DNA of 58,544 nucleotides, the filler included, from Stramenopiles sp. TOSAG23-6 (taxonomy: Eukaryota): NCBI GenBank assembly GCA_900128565.1. It is 19 parts of 19 records of this genome, joined end to end, with 100 filler letters (N's around TTAATTAATTAA, not from the genome) between each part and the next. Parts side by side here need not be neighbours in the genome. Positions count along the whole stretch, not along the records: positions 43,985 to 51,218 come from LT636591.1; positions 51,319 to 58,544 come from LT636592.1; 17 more parts are not named here. One strand, written 5' to 3'. Position 1 is the stretch's first letter. The number at the start of each line of letters is the position of its first letter. Below the pieces are notes generated by a model that worked only from the letters and a program-made list of their open reading frames with translations, was not told the DNA's origin and searched no databases. Shown here piece after piece: positions 47,271 through 58,544 of this stretch. The position numbers were made by a program, and so were the translations under genes.

Positions 47271-47660
47271 TGAACCTGTTTGCTTATTTTTTACACCAAA
47301 GCATGTAATTGCCCATTGCTCTGGAGATTTTTTACTTCATTGGTCGTCATGATATCAAACGAGATGTTGTTTTTTTATATATCGATGGGAGAGGTATCTC
47401 TGAGAAAAAAAAAAAAAAATGAAACTGTGTAAATTTTGACACGAAATCCTGCTATTATTTTTCAAGTTCAGTTTATTTNTTTTGAGAATTTTTTTTTTCT
47501 TCTTTTCTTTCGCACGCAAATAAAAATACGTATTATTATTATTATTACGTAATATTATAGTCCCCATTGGAACAGAAATTGAGTACTATGAATACATCGA
47601 ATAATTGACATATATTCTATTTATTCACTGGGTAGTGTGCACGAGCCACGTTGAAAGAGA

Positions 47661-50600
47661 ATGTTCTCAAAGAGTACTGCAAACGACGTCACGAAAACTT
47701 CTAGATTAATAACAATAGAAGAAGATTTTAGAAGTCACGAGGAAGACGTCAGCAGTGTACTGGCAAGTATCACTGATCCAAATATACTTCGCAGTGTGTG
47801 TGTATCTTTATNTACCCAATATCAAGTCCCTATTTGTGTCCTTCGAAGTTTGATTAAACGGGGTATATCTTCCACAAGTTCTACTTTTCCTAGTTTTGTT
47901 GAGAAAGTTCTTCCAACAGAAGATAATGATAATAATAATGATAATAATAATGATAATAATAGGAGTGACCAATCAAAGAGCCTTTTACAAAACATTTCAT
48001 GTAAANCTCNTGAAGGTTCTCCTTTTTGCAACGACAGAAATGAAAATTCTGTTTTGTCTGTTTCCTTAGTAGAAAAAAAAATAGAAAAAAAAAACGAAAG
48101 AAATGTCGTTTACTCCGACTTCACTAAAAAAAAAACAATCAATTGACTTTCTCGACTGTCTGAAAGAAACTCCTGAAATCATTCGTTTATTTCATGTATG
48201 GAGTATGGGTGAACCTAGAATGACGATGAATCGACTNAGAGAATTTTATCATACCATACAAATGGAAACAATTGACATTTCAACGCTTTCACTCTCAACA
48301 AAAGAACGGAAACAAGGTATAAAAATTATGCGTTTCATCTTGCTACTTATCAATAGTACTATCAATTGTGCATTTGAGCCGTCTCATAGACACGTGTATC
48401 AGGATATGAATCAACCTTTAGCTCATTATTTTATATCTACAACTCATAACACATATTTAGAAGGAAATCAGTTGATTTCAAGATCATCTACTGATGCAAT
48501 ACGTAATGCTTTACTTGCAGGATATCGTGTCATTGAATTAGATTGTTGGGATGGAAATGCTAAACATTTTAAAAACAGCTCAAAATATTCAGGCTATTCA
48601 GGACCCGTCGTCCGTCATGGTATTTCATTAAATAATTCAATTCCGTTTGAAATAGCTGTTGATGCAGTGTATGCTAATGCTTTTCTGACGTCGAAATATC
48701 CTCTTATTCTTACTTTAGAAAATCATTGTACAATAGAAAATAGAATTATAATGGCAAAAATATTACGGTCTGTATTGGGATCTTTATTATTTATTCCAAC
48801 AAAAAACTGGATAAATAATCGAAAATTTTCCTCACCATTTTCCTTGAAACATAAAATAATACTACGAATGAAAGTTAATCGGACAATGCATTTTGAAAAA
48901 TATGAAAAAAAAAATGTTGGAGGGTTAGGGTTAGGAGGTGTTATAACAGAGTATGGAAATGACACAATGGATAAAAATATTGAAACAATTGAACATCTTA
49001 CATCAGACAAAACATCTAAAAAAGTCGGACAACAAACAACAGAAATTNCTACAGATTCATTTTCAAATATACCAAGTAGCTCTATTCAGACAAATCATGG
49101 GGATAGTTGTACAACGACAACACTACCACCATCAAAATCATTACCAATAACAACAAATAATTCAAATCATGATACAATAGATAGTAGACAAATGAATAAG
49201 CGATATAAAAATATTGAAGGTTGGTTATATAAAGGTACAGGTGTCAAAAAGAAATTTCGATATTTTGTATTGGATGGTACGACTTTGTTGTATTATAAAA
49301 CAGAAATGTGTAAAATTATGAGTGGATATATTTGTCTAGGAAACGCTTCAATAGGAATTATTGATCATAATAATGTACTTAATAGGACAAAGATAAATTC
49401 TGATATTGCTGTCAAATATTCTTCAAGTACACGAAATAATATAATTTCATCTAGGGTTAGGGGAATGACGACTAAACATTTGACCACTGAAAAATCTCTT
49501 ACTTTCACGATAGATTCAATTCGACCTAAACGAAAGACTTATGTACGTTTTCAACATTGATTTTTTTTGATAGATTTTTTTTTTACTAAGAAACTAAAAA
49601 ACTAAAAAAACTAAAAAACTAAAAAAAATATATATATATATTTTCACTATACATACTTTAAGTGCACAAAATGAGAAAATATTTTGGGAATGGATTGATC
49701 ATATTGCATATACAATAGAGAATTCAATGAATTCCAATAACAAGTTCCTCAAAAATCAAAATTATAAGAAGCAACAAAAACAGGAAATATATAAACAAAA
49801 ACAACAAAATCATCAACATTTTGATACATTGGAAGAAATACCAATTGTTCCTGAATTAGATGAACTTGCTGCTATTTGGAATGAACCTTTAAAAAAAGGT
49901 CAATTGAATGCAGCAGCAGGTTTGTCACATGCATCATCGTGTTCGTGGGATGAACTAAAATTAGGTAAAATGCGAAGAGCCAATAAAAAAGGTGTTTTAC
50001 AATATGCAGAGCGACATTTATTGCGAGTATATCCTGCATTTTTTCGTGTCAATTCGTCTAATTTTAATCCCCAACGTACATTTTTATTATTCATTTTAAT
50101 TTTGCATTTTTTTTTTCATAGAAAATTCTTTATCTAACATTTGTTTTAACTATATAAACATATAATTTCAAAATACATGAATGTGGACTTCTGGTGCTCA
50201 ACTAGTTGCATTAAATCATCAAACAGCAGGGCCAATGACGTCATTAAATCGTGCGAAATTTGCTGATAATGGTGGTTGTGGATTTGTTTTAAAACCAGAA
50301 TGGATGAGGAAATCTCCGATTGAATTACCTAAAAAAGGAAAACGAGGTCGTGAAGCATTGCCATGTTCTATTTATCAACGTACTTTACGTCTACAGGTTT
50401 TAGGTGTTCAGTTGTTTCTTCCTGGATTTTTCAATGGTACAATTAAAACACAAAAAACACAAAATATGTCAAGTGTAGAGGACAATAAAAACAGAAACAT
50501 ATTGGCAACAACTTCAAAAGTATTTACTATTCAGGTTGAAGTTGTCAGTAAAAAACATGGAAGTTTTAAACAAAGTATTCGATGGGACCGTAGAAAAAAT

Positions 50601-51002
50601 CTAAAATTACCAATTTTAGAATTTCCATTAGCACAACAAGGGGATGGTATAGAAATTATACATATACGAATTTATGATGCGATGATAAGAGTGTTGACAT
50701 CACCAAAGGTCATAGCTGATACGGCCATTACAATCGCTAATTTAAGACAAGGAATTCGTGTTCATAAGTTGTATGACATTCCCAATACAAATAATAATTA
50801 TAATAGTGAGTCATCAGAACAACAAACAGAAAAAATATGTGGTTCTATTTTATGTGCTTGTAATATTATTGATGAACAATGGAATGAAAAAGGAACAAAA
50901 AAAGATCCGAAAATTGAATTTCGTGTGTTATCAAATTGGGTTGCAGGAATGAGCACAGATACTGATGCTGATCGAGGATTTACTGAAACTGATGATAAAT
51001 AA
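47661..51002 (+). CDS. Phosphoinositide-specific phospholipase C (X domain, PH in the X-Y linker, Y domain, C2-like)
   Basis: QDMNQPLAHYFIST.HNTYL.GNQL, GYR.IELDCWDG, YPLILTLENHC, RVYP...R.NSSNFNPQ|RMW..G.QLVALN.QT, F.DNGGCG.VLKP; introns 49543-49654 and 50076-50178; homopolymer frameshift near 48130. Confidence 0.92.
49543..49654 (+). mobile_element. GT-AT intron (112 nt, degenerate)
   Basis: TAT|GTACGTTTT...TTTTCACTATACAT|ACT; restores the PH end RKTY|TLSAQNE....WIDHI. Confidence 0.8.
50076..50178 (+). mobile_element. GT-AT intron (103 nt) whose boundary cannot shift left
   Basis: CAAC|GTACAT...TATCTAAC...CAAAATACAT|GAATGTGG gives PQRMW; shifting 1 or 2 nt left creates TGA. Confidence 0.88.
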
Positions 51003-51318
51003 ATATTTTGTTTTCCTTTATGCAGTTTTTATTTTTTAACTTACTCCTTTTGAATCTACAAAAATGAAGTTGCGTTTTTTTTTTNCTTNATTNATTTTNT
51101 CCNGGAGTAATGTTTCTTTCATTTTCATTGACTATTGTAACAGTTATCATTATAGGCTTATACGCACTGTGGGCTATAAAAACCTTAACTCTAATCTATG
51201 CTACTAGAACTTTCATCANNNNNNNNNNNNNNNNNNNNNNNNNNNNNNNNNNNNNNNNNNNNTTAATTAATTAANNNNNNNNNNNNNNNNNNNNNNNNNN
51301 NNNNNNNNNNNNNNNNNN

Positions 51319-54300
51319 TGACTACTATGACTACTATGACTACTACTTCTTCTAGTAGTGTTGCTGCTGCTTCTAGTAGTAGAAGTTCTTCAACTGCCTC
51401 TCATGATATTGCTGCTTCTAGTAGTAGTAGTTCTTCAACTGCCTCTCATGATATTGCTGCTTCTAGTAGTAGTAGTTCTTCAGCTTCTAGTAGTAGTAGT
51501 TCTAGTATTGCTAATGCTAGTGTTGCTAATGCTAGTGGTGGTGGTGGTGGTGCAAGTGTGTCTACTACGACTAAAAAAAAGACTGAATCAAGTGAAGAGG
51601 AAGAAGAAGATCTTTGGCAAGGAATATATATCTGTAATGGAAGAAAAAAGCTTTATCAAATCGCGAGAGAAGTAGGAGTCTCATATAAAGATTTAATTAA
51701 ACACAATCAAGGTTTGAATTTACAAAGAAGTTCAGGAATGAAGCTGAGAACTCGTCTTTGGATTCCTAAAGACAAAGAAAAGAGTAAGAAAAAGTCAATC
51801 GGAATGAGTCAAGCGCAAGAAGACGAAATCAAAANACAAATTTCGGAAATTGAAGNGAATAAAAAATTACAAATTCAACGTGAAGAGGAACAGACAAATN
51901 CAATGAAGGCAGATTTTTCTCGACAACGTTCANTGATNTACCAAAAGCATNCAGAAAAAATTAAAAAACATGAAACGGGTGCAACAAATTATTTTTCAAG
52001 TCAATTCACAAATGAAAAACAAAAACTTTCATNGGNTCACAGACGCGAGGTTGAACAATTTGAAAAAACAAAGAAAGAATTACTACAAAACATACGATCT
52101 TCTTTGGATGCGGCATATAAAAAATGTTTGAGTGAAAAAANAACATTACAATCACAATTTGAGAAANAAAAGAAGACATTGGNAGAGAGTCATCAAAAAG
52201 ACGTACTGAAAAAGAAGGAACATCATTCTGCTATTGTTATGGAACTAGTACAAAAAANGCATGATCTTGAAACACAAATTATTAACGCCAAGTCCAAAGT
52301 GGTAGAAGATACAGAAAAGATTCAAAAACTTATGGCAGCAAAGAAAGNTCTCGATGAGAAATATGAAGTTGATAAGAATGCAATNGTACAATCAATCAAA
52401 GACAGTGAAGGTAAATATATCGCTGATGTAAAAGCATTGGAAGGANAACTTTCTAAAGTCAAGGNAGAGATTCAAGAATGTTTGAACAAAAAACAAATCA
52501 GTGAAGAACAATTAAAAAGTGAANAGCAAAGTATCGATCAACAACGTTCTGAATTAACTTCTAAACATNAAAANGAAATGGNTCAACAGTCTGAGGAACA
52601 TCAGAGNATAATATCAAAAGGAGTTNAAAAATCTAAAGATGNGTTGCTTAANGATCATAAGCTTGAACTGAAAAAATTTNATGAAAACGTANAAAGAGAA
52701 ATTTCTAAATTACAAAACTCATTTCAACAATTTGATGAATCAAAATTAAACAGACTGAAACAACAATTACAACAACAATTAAAAAAAAAACTAGAAAAAG
52801 AAAAACGTAAAAGTCGTAAAAGAAGAAAAGATACTAGTAAACCAACTAGTACTGATTTGCGTCGGAATGTCCGTAGAGCAGTTCGTGGTTCTAATAAACA
52901 ACAAAACCCCCCTTCCAAAGAAACCCGAATTGGTACAGAATACCAAGCCCGAATTGGTACAGAATACCAAGCGCAAGTTCCTCCTCTAGGTCATCCAACC
53001 CCAATGGAAGAGTCTGAAACTTCCGTTGAATTCAGGCAAAACATTTCAAAAAGGATTCAAGATATTGAAATCCGTGCAAAACAAATGAAAGATCAATGGT
53101 TACCTTTGAGTGCAACTGAAAAAAAAGCAAAACAAAGGCGAGACCGAAGGCGACATGCNGCACATTTAAAAAAAGAATACGGAAGAAAGCAAATAAGCCA
53201 AATTGAAATGATTAAAAATCAACATAAAAGAAAACGAGAACTAAGTACATCAAAAAAGAGAGCAAACGGTAAAAGATCAAAAAAACAAAAAAAGAAAAAA
53301 GGACAAAACAATACGCCGTCTTCTGTACCATCTGTGACACCTCGTAGAACTGCTCAATCTGTACCACCTGTGGCACCTCGTAGAACTGCTCAATCTAGTA
53401 CACAGTATGTACACAATACTTCTGGATCATTTCATTTAAATGCAAAAGTATTTGCAAATTTTAAAGGTCAAGGAATATTTTTTCCTGGAAAAATTGTTAA
53501 AATTCATTCTGATGGAACATTTGATATTCTATATGATGATGATGATTTTGAATCTGATGTAGATGAAAGAAACATACAGTACCAGCTTCAAGAAGGTTCA
53601 AAAGTATTTGCATATTATAATGACGTAAAAGAAGTTGCACAAGGATTTTATCCTGCGCAAATTAAGAAAGTACTTCCTAATAATTCATATACTATTATTT
53701 ATGACGATGATGGAATAGAAGAATCTTTACCTGCACACTTGATGTATGTTTTATTTTTTTTCAATTTTTTGTCTATATTGTTTTTTCATACGAAATTTTG
53801 TTTCTAACGATTGTTTTTTGAAATATTTTTCATAATACATACGCATTGGTAAATGCATTAAAGATATTGACGAAGAATCATTTGATTTTGTATTTGCTGA
53901 AACGCAAGGTAAATTTTCTATTGGTTCAATATCAAAGGCTCAGAAGACTGGCAGAGATTTTTTATATGATATTAAATATGATAAAGATGAAATTGAAGAC
54001 GAACAAAACGTTCTGTCAAATAAGATACGTATTCCTGTACCTATATCATCACTTCGATATCAAGATATTCATCTATATCCTGATATAAAAGTAATGACAG
54101 CAACATCTACTACATTGAGTGAAGAGGGAAGATCTGCAAGCCATCATTCTCCAAATGGAGGTGGAAAAGGTGGAGGTAGAGGTGGAAAAGGTGGAGGTAG
54201 AGGTGGAAAAGGTAAAGGAAGAAGTAGAGGTAGAGGTAGAGGCATCCAAGGTAGTGTATACCATGGGTATCCTCAACAATCAGCATCATCAACAACACAA

Positions 54301-55134
54301 TTACATCCATTACCAACCTTGGAAGAGTTTCACAGTGCAAGAGCAGAACTGCTTCGTCTTCAAGAAACACCNCNATTTAAAACGAAAGTCAAAGTTGTGA
54401 AAATACACAACAAACGAAATTCTTTNGGTCTTCGTGCAACTAAACAAATTANGAAAGGTGAAACAATTGCTTTTTATAATGTGAAATTATTTGATACTAA
54501 AGATTCTAAAGATTTACATCCTGAATTGAAGAGTTTTAATGTTGACCCTCATGATGATGTGTTGGATCCATCGATGTCTTCCATTGATTTAGAAGGANTA
54601 ATGTATGTCCAAGATATCACAAAATCGGGAAATGCATGGAACAAAAACATTTCGTATTCTGGAGCTTTNGCCAATGAACCCAATCCTCACGAGGTACCAA
54701 ATGCTGAATTGTTTTATGGCCATCATCAACGAAAGAAAAAACGATTGAGAAAACATGGTATTTTACGATATGAACTTCATGCATCACGAGATATTAAAAT
54801 TGGTGAAGAAGTGTTGTGGTGTTATAAAGGTAATTATCAGAGAGATTACGAGACTCCATGCAGTGGATTTATTTCACCAGCAGCCCGAGATATTGATGAA
54901 ACAATGTATACATTGGAAGACAGAAAAGCACTCGTTGGTTATCAAGTCACATCTCCCGCAGGTGCTTTAGTTCATCAATATAATCNTGGTAAAGAAGGAT
55001 TGGGTTTAGACACTTGGATCATTCGAAATCCAGTGGATAAAAGAGAAAATGTTCTTCAGTTGAAGCAATTACTTTCTGTATTAAAACATGATGAAAANAG
55101 CCAAGCAAAGTTTGAATCTGCAAAAATACATTAA
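51319..55134 (+). CDS. Multidomain protein: LysM-like, coiled coil, ELM2-like, tandem Tudor-like, RGG and SET domain; intron 53744-53840
   Basis: LYQIAREVGVSYKDLIKHN..L.....RLWIP; RIGTEYQAQVP; FFPGKI......FDILYDD.D.E; GLRATK.I.KGE, ANEP...PNA, ASRDIK.GEEVLWCY; the intron joins ORF 51327 to 54094 in frame. Confidence 0.75.
53744..53840 (+). mobile_element. GT-AT repeat intron (97 nt)
   Basis: AT|GTATGTTTT...TACGAAATTTTGTTTCTAAC...TTTCATAATACAT|A; opens a continuous frame to 55134. Confidence 0.85.
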
Positions 55135-55770
55135 AATTGTGTTTGAATAATGATTAGAACACATCTGACAAAACAAATTGAGTAATGAAAAACATGGATG
55201 AACAAATGAACAAATGAACAAATGAACAAAATAATATGAGCATTCATGAATCATTATTACATGAACTTTTTTAAATTAAAGAACATTTTAATTACTGTTA
55301 TTTTATACAACGTAAAAAACAATAATAAATTTATTACTGATTTTGATCATTTGCACTATTACAATATTTCAAATACAATCGACAGAAAATAGACAAACCA
55401 TAGCTTAATTTATTCTGAAAATGTAGAATGTCANTTAGCTCTTGATTAATTTGCACGCGTTTCGAGATAACTACAACTATTGATGAGGTAGAGAGTAAAA
55501 TATATGAAAATTTGTATTAAAGTCTGCAGGTTTGTGCCGTTTATTATTTTTTTNGANGNAANGAATCGAGAANGACANCATGNANCTGTTAAAAAAAAAT
55601 ACAGCCTACTACTACAGGTACCATACGTACAAAGTAGGTATATATAGGGTATTACCACACGACACAAACCTTTTAATTTCTTGGATTNAAGGATATATTG
55701 GAAAGAAAGCACACAGTTGTATATTGTAATGTAATAGCAGATACATAGTATTTATAAAAGTAAAGTAGAA

Positions 55771-56535
55771 ATGTCTCGAAAACATCGTTCTTTGCATCAA
55801 AATTCTAGAAAAAAAATACCAATTGCAGTTGAGTATGAAACTTCAACAACTGTTCGACAAAAAAAGACGGACACTATTTTACATTCAGTAGATAGCGTAA
55901 GCCAACGTGAAGAATTTAGTCCTTNTGATTATCATTACGGTTGGAAAGTTGCAATCGTTGGGTCATCTGGTGTAGGGAAGAATACANTATTATCTTCAAA
56001 AGTATCAACACGTGAAGAGAAGCATTCAGGATCACCGTATATAAAGCAGCAGATATACAAAGTGCTAAATATATCATATCAAGTACAATACTGGTGTTGT
56101 CCTGGTTCTCGTCATAGTTTATCGATTCTTCCNGCTAACTTAGTCGGAGCTGCAGCTTATATCATTGTCTTTGATGTGACACGTCGTAGTACGTTTTTAG
56201 ATGTCGNAAAATGGTTAGAGTACATATCAAACATAAACTCTACTTTGACTACGCAAGTTATTCTTGTTGGGAATAAGATCGATTTGTATACATCACGTAT
56301 TGTAACAACAAAAGAGGCGAAAACATTTGCTGATTCAAAAGGTATTTCTTATATTGAAACGTACACCTTGGAATCCGACGATACTACAAATACTGCAGAG
56401 GTTTTCAGAATGTTATTGTATAAAGTTGTTGCCCAATTTCCATCACACCCTAGACCAGAAAATTTACTTGGTTTGAATATTCGTATGGGTTCATTAGCNC
56501 TTTTAGATATCGAAGCAAAAGAACGTACTACATAA
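55771..56535 (+). CDS. Divergent Rab-like small GTPase
   Basis: KVAIVGSSGVGK, IIVFDVT.R.TF..V.KW, ILVGNKIDL; the G3 (WCCPG) and G5 motifs are degenerate. Confidence 0.8.
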   Translation: MSRKHRSLHQNSRKKIPIAVEYETSTTVRQKKTDTILHSVDSVSQREEFSPXDYHYGWKVAIVGSSGVGKNTXLSSKVSTREEKHSGSPYIKQQIYKVLNISYQVQYWCCPGSRHSLSILXANLVGAAAYIIVFDVTRRSTFLDVXKWLEYISNINSTLTTQVILVGNKIDLYTSRIVTTKEAKTFADSKGISYIETYTLESDDTTNTAEVFRMLLYKVVAQFPSHPRPENLLGLNIRMGSLXLLDIEAKERTT

Positions 56536-56625
56536 ATTATAGAGTATTTTTAGCATACAATTATTTTTTGAATCATAATAAATTGTTACAGTCCNTTTAT
56601 TATTATANACTTTATACAAATACCA

Positions 56626-58341
56626 TTATACTCTTACTTTCCATACTTTACCTTGAGTCAAACCATAGTTAGAGTCACCTACAGATTTTGGTAGATCANA
56701 TGAATCCAATTCTTCGAGCCAATCATGAGGATTAAGAAATTGTCTTTGTGGGTCTCCGACTATAACNAGTGGCTTACCAGGTAACTGTGCTATTTTNGTC
56801 AGGAANGATCTCACTAAGAAGGAAAGATTTTCTTCATATGCAACATCACCTGCAAGAACGACACCGCCTGTAGTCATCTTTTGTTCAGTCATTGTGTTTA
56901 TTATACCTAAAGCAGAGAATAAATTATCATTTTTGTTGTCTTTTTTTACATTTTGTTTTTGTAAAAAATTATACTTTGTTAATGAGAATGATGGACTTAA
57001 TACCTTAATTTTTGATGTATCATTTTTGTCTGCATTACATTGTACATTATCAGATTCATAATTTGTACTATTCATAAATATGTTACAATTTGAATCAACA
57101 TCAAAATTTGAATCAAAATTCAATTTGTAATTTGATTCTATAGCAAGTATACTATANGGATCTATATCATTACATAATACATGTCGCGCACCACATTGAT
57201 GAGCACATAAACCTGCTATTCCACAACCAGCNGCAAAATCTAAAACNAANTGATTTTTGAACATTTGTGGATTTTTTTTTATATATTGAGCAATAGCAAA
57301 TGAACCTGGCCAAACAAAGCCCCAATATGGATCAGAAAAAGGTAAATGATCAATATTTGTTGCAGTATATAAAGGAGTATTTGGTGTAATAAGATGAAGT
57401 TTCAGATTACAAATAGAAGTGACTTCAGTATTTTCAGTGATTATTTCATATCTTTTGTTGAATGCTTTGATAGTTTCAATATTTGTTTGTTTTTTTATAG
57501 TTGGATTTTGTTTTNCTTGCTTATTATCAGAATAGACACTACTCAAAGAGCTCAATGAACGATGATGATCCAGATGATATTTTGATGTTTTACAACTGAT
57601 ATTTGTTGTACTTGACTGTAGTGTTGGTTTCAATACTGAAGATATTTGTACATGTAAAACTGTACCAGAAATAGAAATTTTAGATTGTATACATTTTTTC
57701 TCACTTAATTGTGTAGTGATGTGTCCCGCTTGAGTATCATCACAACAAAGCATCAAACAATCACCTCTCTCAAGATCAGTAGTCTGCCCTTTATAGTTAT
57801 TTTTAATTTGCACTTGTNCGGCAAGAGCGAAAAGAATATTTATTTTAGATTTATTTGGTTCAACTGTAAAGACACAACTTTCAAGTTTTTGCACAGTGGC
57901 AGAGCCATATTCTNGATGAACCATACAATTCAAAACACGACTTGATTGACCTATTGTACTCGTTGTGTTGTCGTCACCAGAAAAGTAAAAAGGTNGACCC
58001 AATTTCAACTNAGTATATGTTTCTGATTCACCGATAGCAGANAGTGACACTTCACCACCAGTAAGAAGAGTAATTATACGCTCATAACCTGGAAGACTAC
58101 TAAATGGAACCCCTGGAGGTTCTAATGACGCAATCGATATTCGCCAATCAAAATTATTATGAGCTTCTGTAGAAAGACTATTTCTATACACAGCAACTTC
58201 ATGAGTTGTTCCGAGACCATTCTTCCAAGGTTTTTTAATAAAGTCTTTCTGCCTCAAAATATATCCTTTGTGAAAACGTGATGAAAAATAACGTGAGCGC
58301 ATATAAATAGAATTTATGATATTTACATTATAATGTTGCAT
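56626..58341 (-). CDS. HutD/Ves cupin domain fused to an ETFBKMT/METTL20-like lysine methyltransferase
   Basis: PWKNG.G.T.EVA...FDWRISIA....PFS.LPG.ER.ITLL.G (HutD); PYW.F.WPG..AIA.YI, VLDF.AGCGIAG, NDID, LAGDV.Y, GDP.R (methyltransferase). Confidence 0.8.
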   Translation of the reverse strand: MQHYNVNIINSIYMRSRYFSSRFHKGYILRQKDFIKKPWKNGLGTTHEVAVYRNSLSTEAHNNFDWRISIASLEPPGVPFSSLPGYERIITLLTGGEVSXSAIGESETYTXLKLGXPFYFSGDDNTTSTIGQSSRVLNCMVHXEYGSATVQKLESCVFTVEPNKSKINILFALAXQVQIKNNYKGQTTDLERGDCLMLCCDDTQAGHITTQLSEKKCIQSKISISGTVLHVQISSVLKPTLQSSTTNISCKTSKYHLDHHRSLSSLSSVYSDNKQXKQNPTIKKQTNIETIKAFNKRYEIITENTEVTSICNLKLHLITPNTPLYTATNIDHLPFSDPYWGFVWPGSFAIAQYIKKNPQMFKNXXVLDFXAGCGIAGLCAHQCGARHVLCNDIDXYSILAIESNYKLNFDSNFDVDSNCNIFMNSTNYESDNVQCNADKNDTSKIKVLSPSFSLTKYNFLQKQNVKKDNKNDNLFSALGIINTMTEQKMTTGGVVLAGDVAYEENLSFLVRXFLXKIAQLPGKPXVIVGDPQRQFLNPHDWLEELDSXDLPKSVGDSNYGLTQGKVWKVRV

Positions 58342-58490
58342 GTCTAAAAAGACACTAAAGTTTCTTCTTTTTTCTAAAATTATACTCTTTGTAAAAGTTG
58401 AAGTCGACTGTCAAAAAGAAATATATATTAAATTGCTACCATGATACCCGGTACACAATAAAGGTTCCGAAAAAAATAATTATTTGGTAA

Positions 58491-58544
58491 CGCCCACCGT
58501 GGGACTCGAACCCACGACCACCAGATTAAAAGTCTGGCGCTCTG
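58491..58544 (-). tRNA. tRNA-Lys(UUU), 5' end outside the window
   Basis: Reverse complement CAGAGCG CCAGA CT TTT AA TCTGG TGGTC GTGGG TTCGAGT CCCAC GGTGGGCG: anticodon stem-loop and T-loop are intact. Confidence 0.92.

Noticed and set aside
48060-48150. Frameshift between the PLC N-terminal ORF and the catalytic ORF
   Set aside because: Falls in long poly-A runs; most likely a homopolymer consensus error
491-53840. Elements as ciliate-like IESs excised from DNA, or host genes as pseudogenes
   Set aside because: Sense orientation relative to host genes and asymmetric donor/branch motifs point to RNA splicing; conserved genes such as RRP5 and CAND1 are otherwise intact. Not formally excluded without transcripts

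Overview
AT-rich eukaryotic (protist, possibly stramenopile-like; lineage is a weak inference) genomic DNA. It consists of 19 unrelated contigs (about 1.0 kb each up to 14.5 kb, about 7.25 kb each thereafter) joined by artificial 100-nt N/TTAATTAATTAA/N linkers, so gene order across linkers is meaningless. Recognisable genes include ARPC2, LRR proteins, a USP, a PLAC8 protein, a class II HDAC, CAND1, RMC1-like, RRP5, a class I/II aminotransferase, an MSP-domain protein, a photolyase/cryptochrome, RNase H, a bacterial-type carnitine catabolism pair (cdhC/cdhA-like), PI-PLC, a LysM-Tudor-SET protein, a Rab-like GTPase, a HutD-methyltransferase fusion and a partial tRNA-Lys(UUU). The dominant unexplained signal is a dispersed ~95-110 nt repeat (GTAYGTTTT...TTTCGTACGAAATTTTGTACCTAAC...TTTTCCAAAATACAT), present in more than 35 full or partial copies. 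The copies I could assign lie inside genes and in sense orientation. Removing it with non-canonical GT...AT boundaries restores conserved proteins in about 22 complete cases. It has short terminal inverted repeats (GTAT/ATAC) and an apparent AT target-site duplication, so it looks like an intron-generating transposon (introner) family whose introns mostly end in AT rather than AG, with AT-AT, GC-AG and GT-AG variants. Splicing itself cannot be proven without transcripts.
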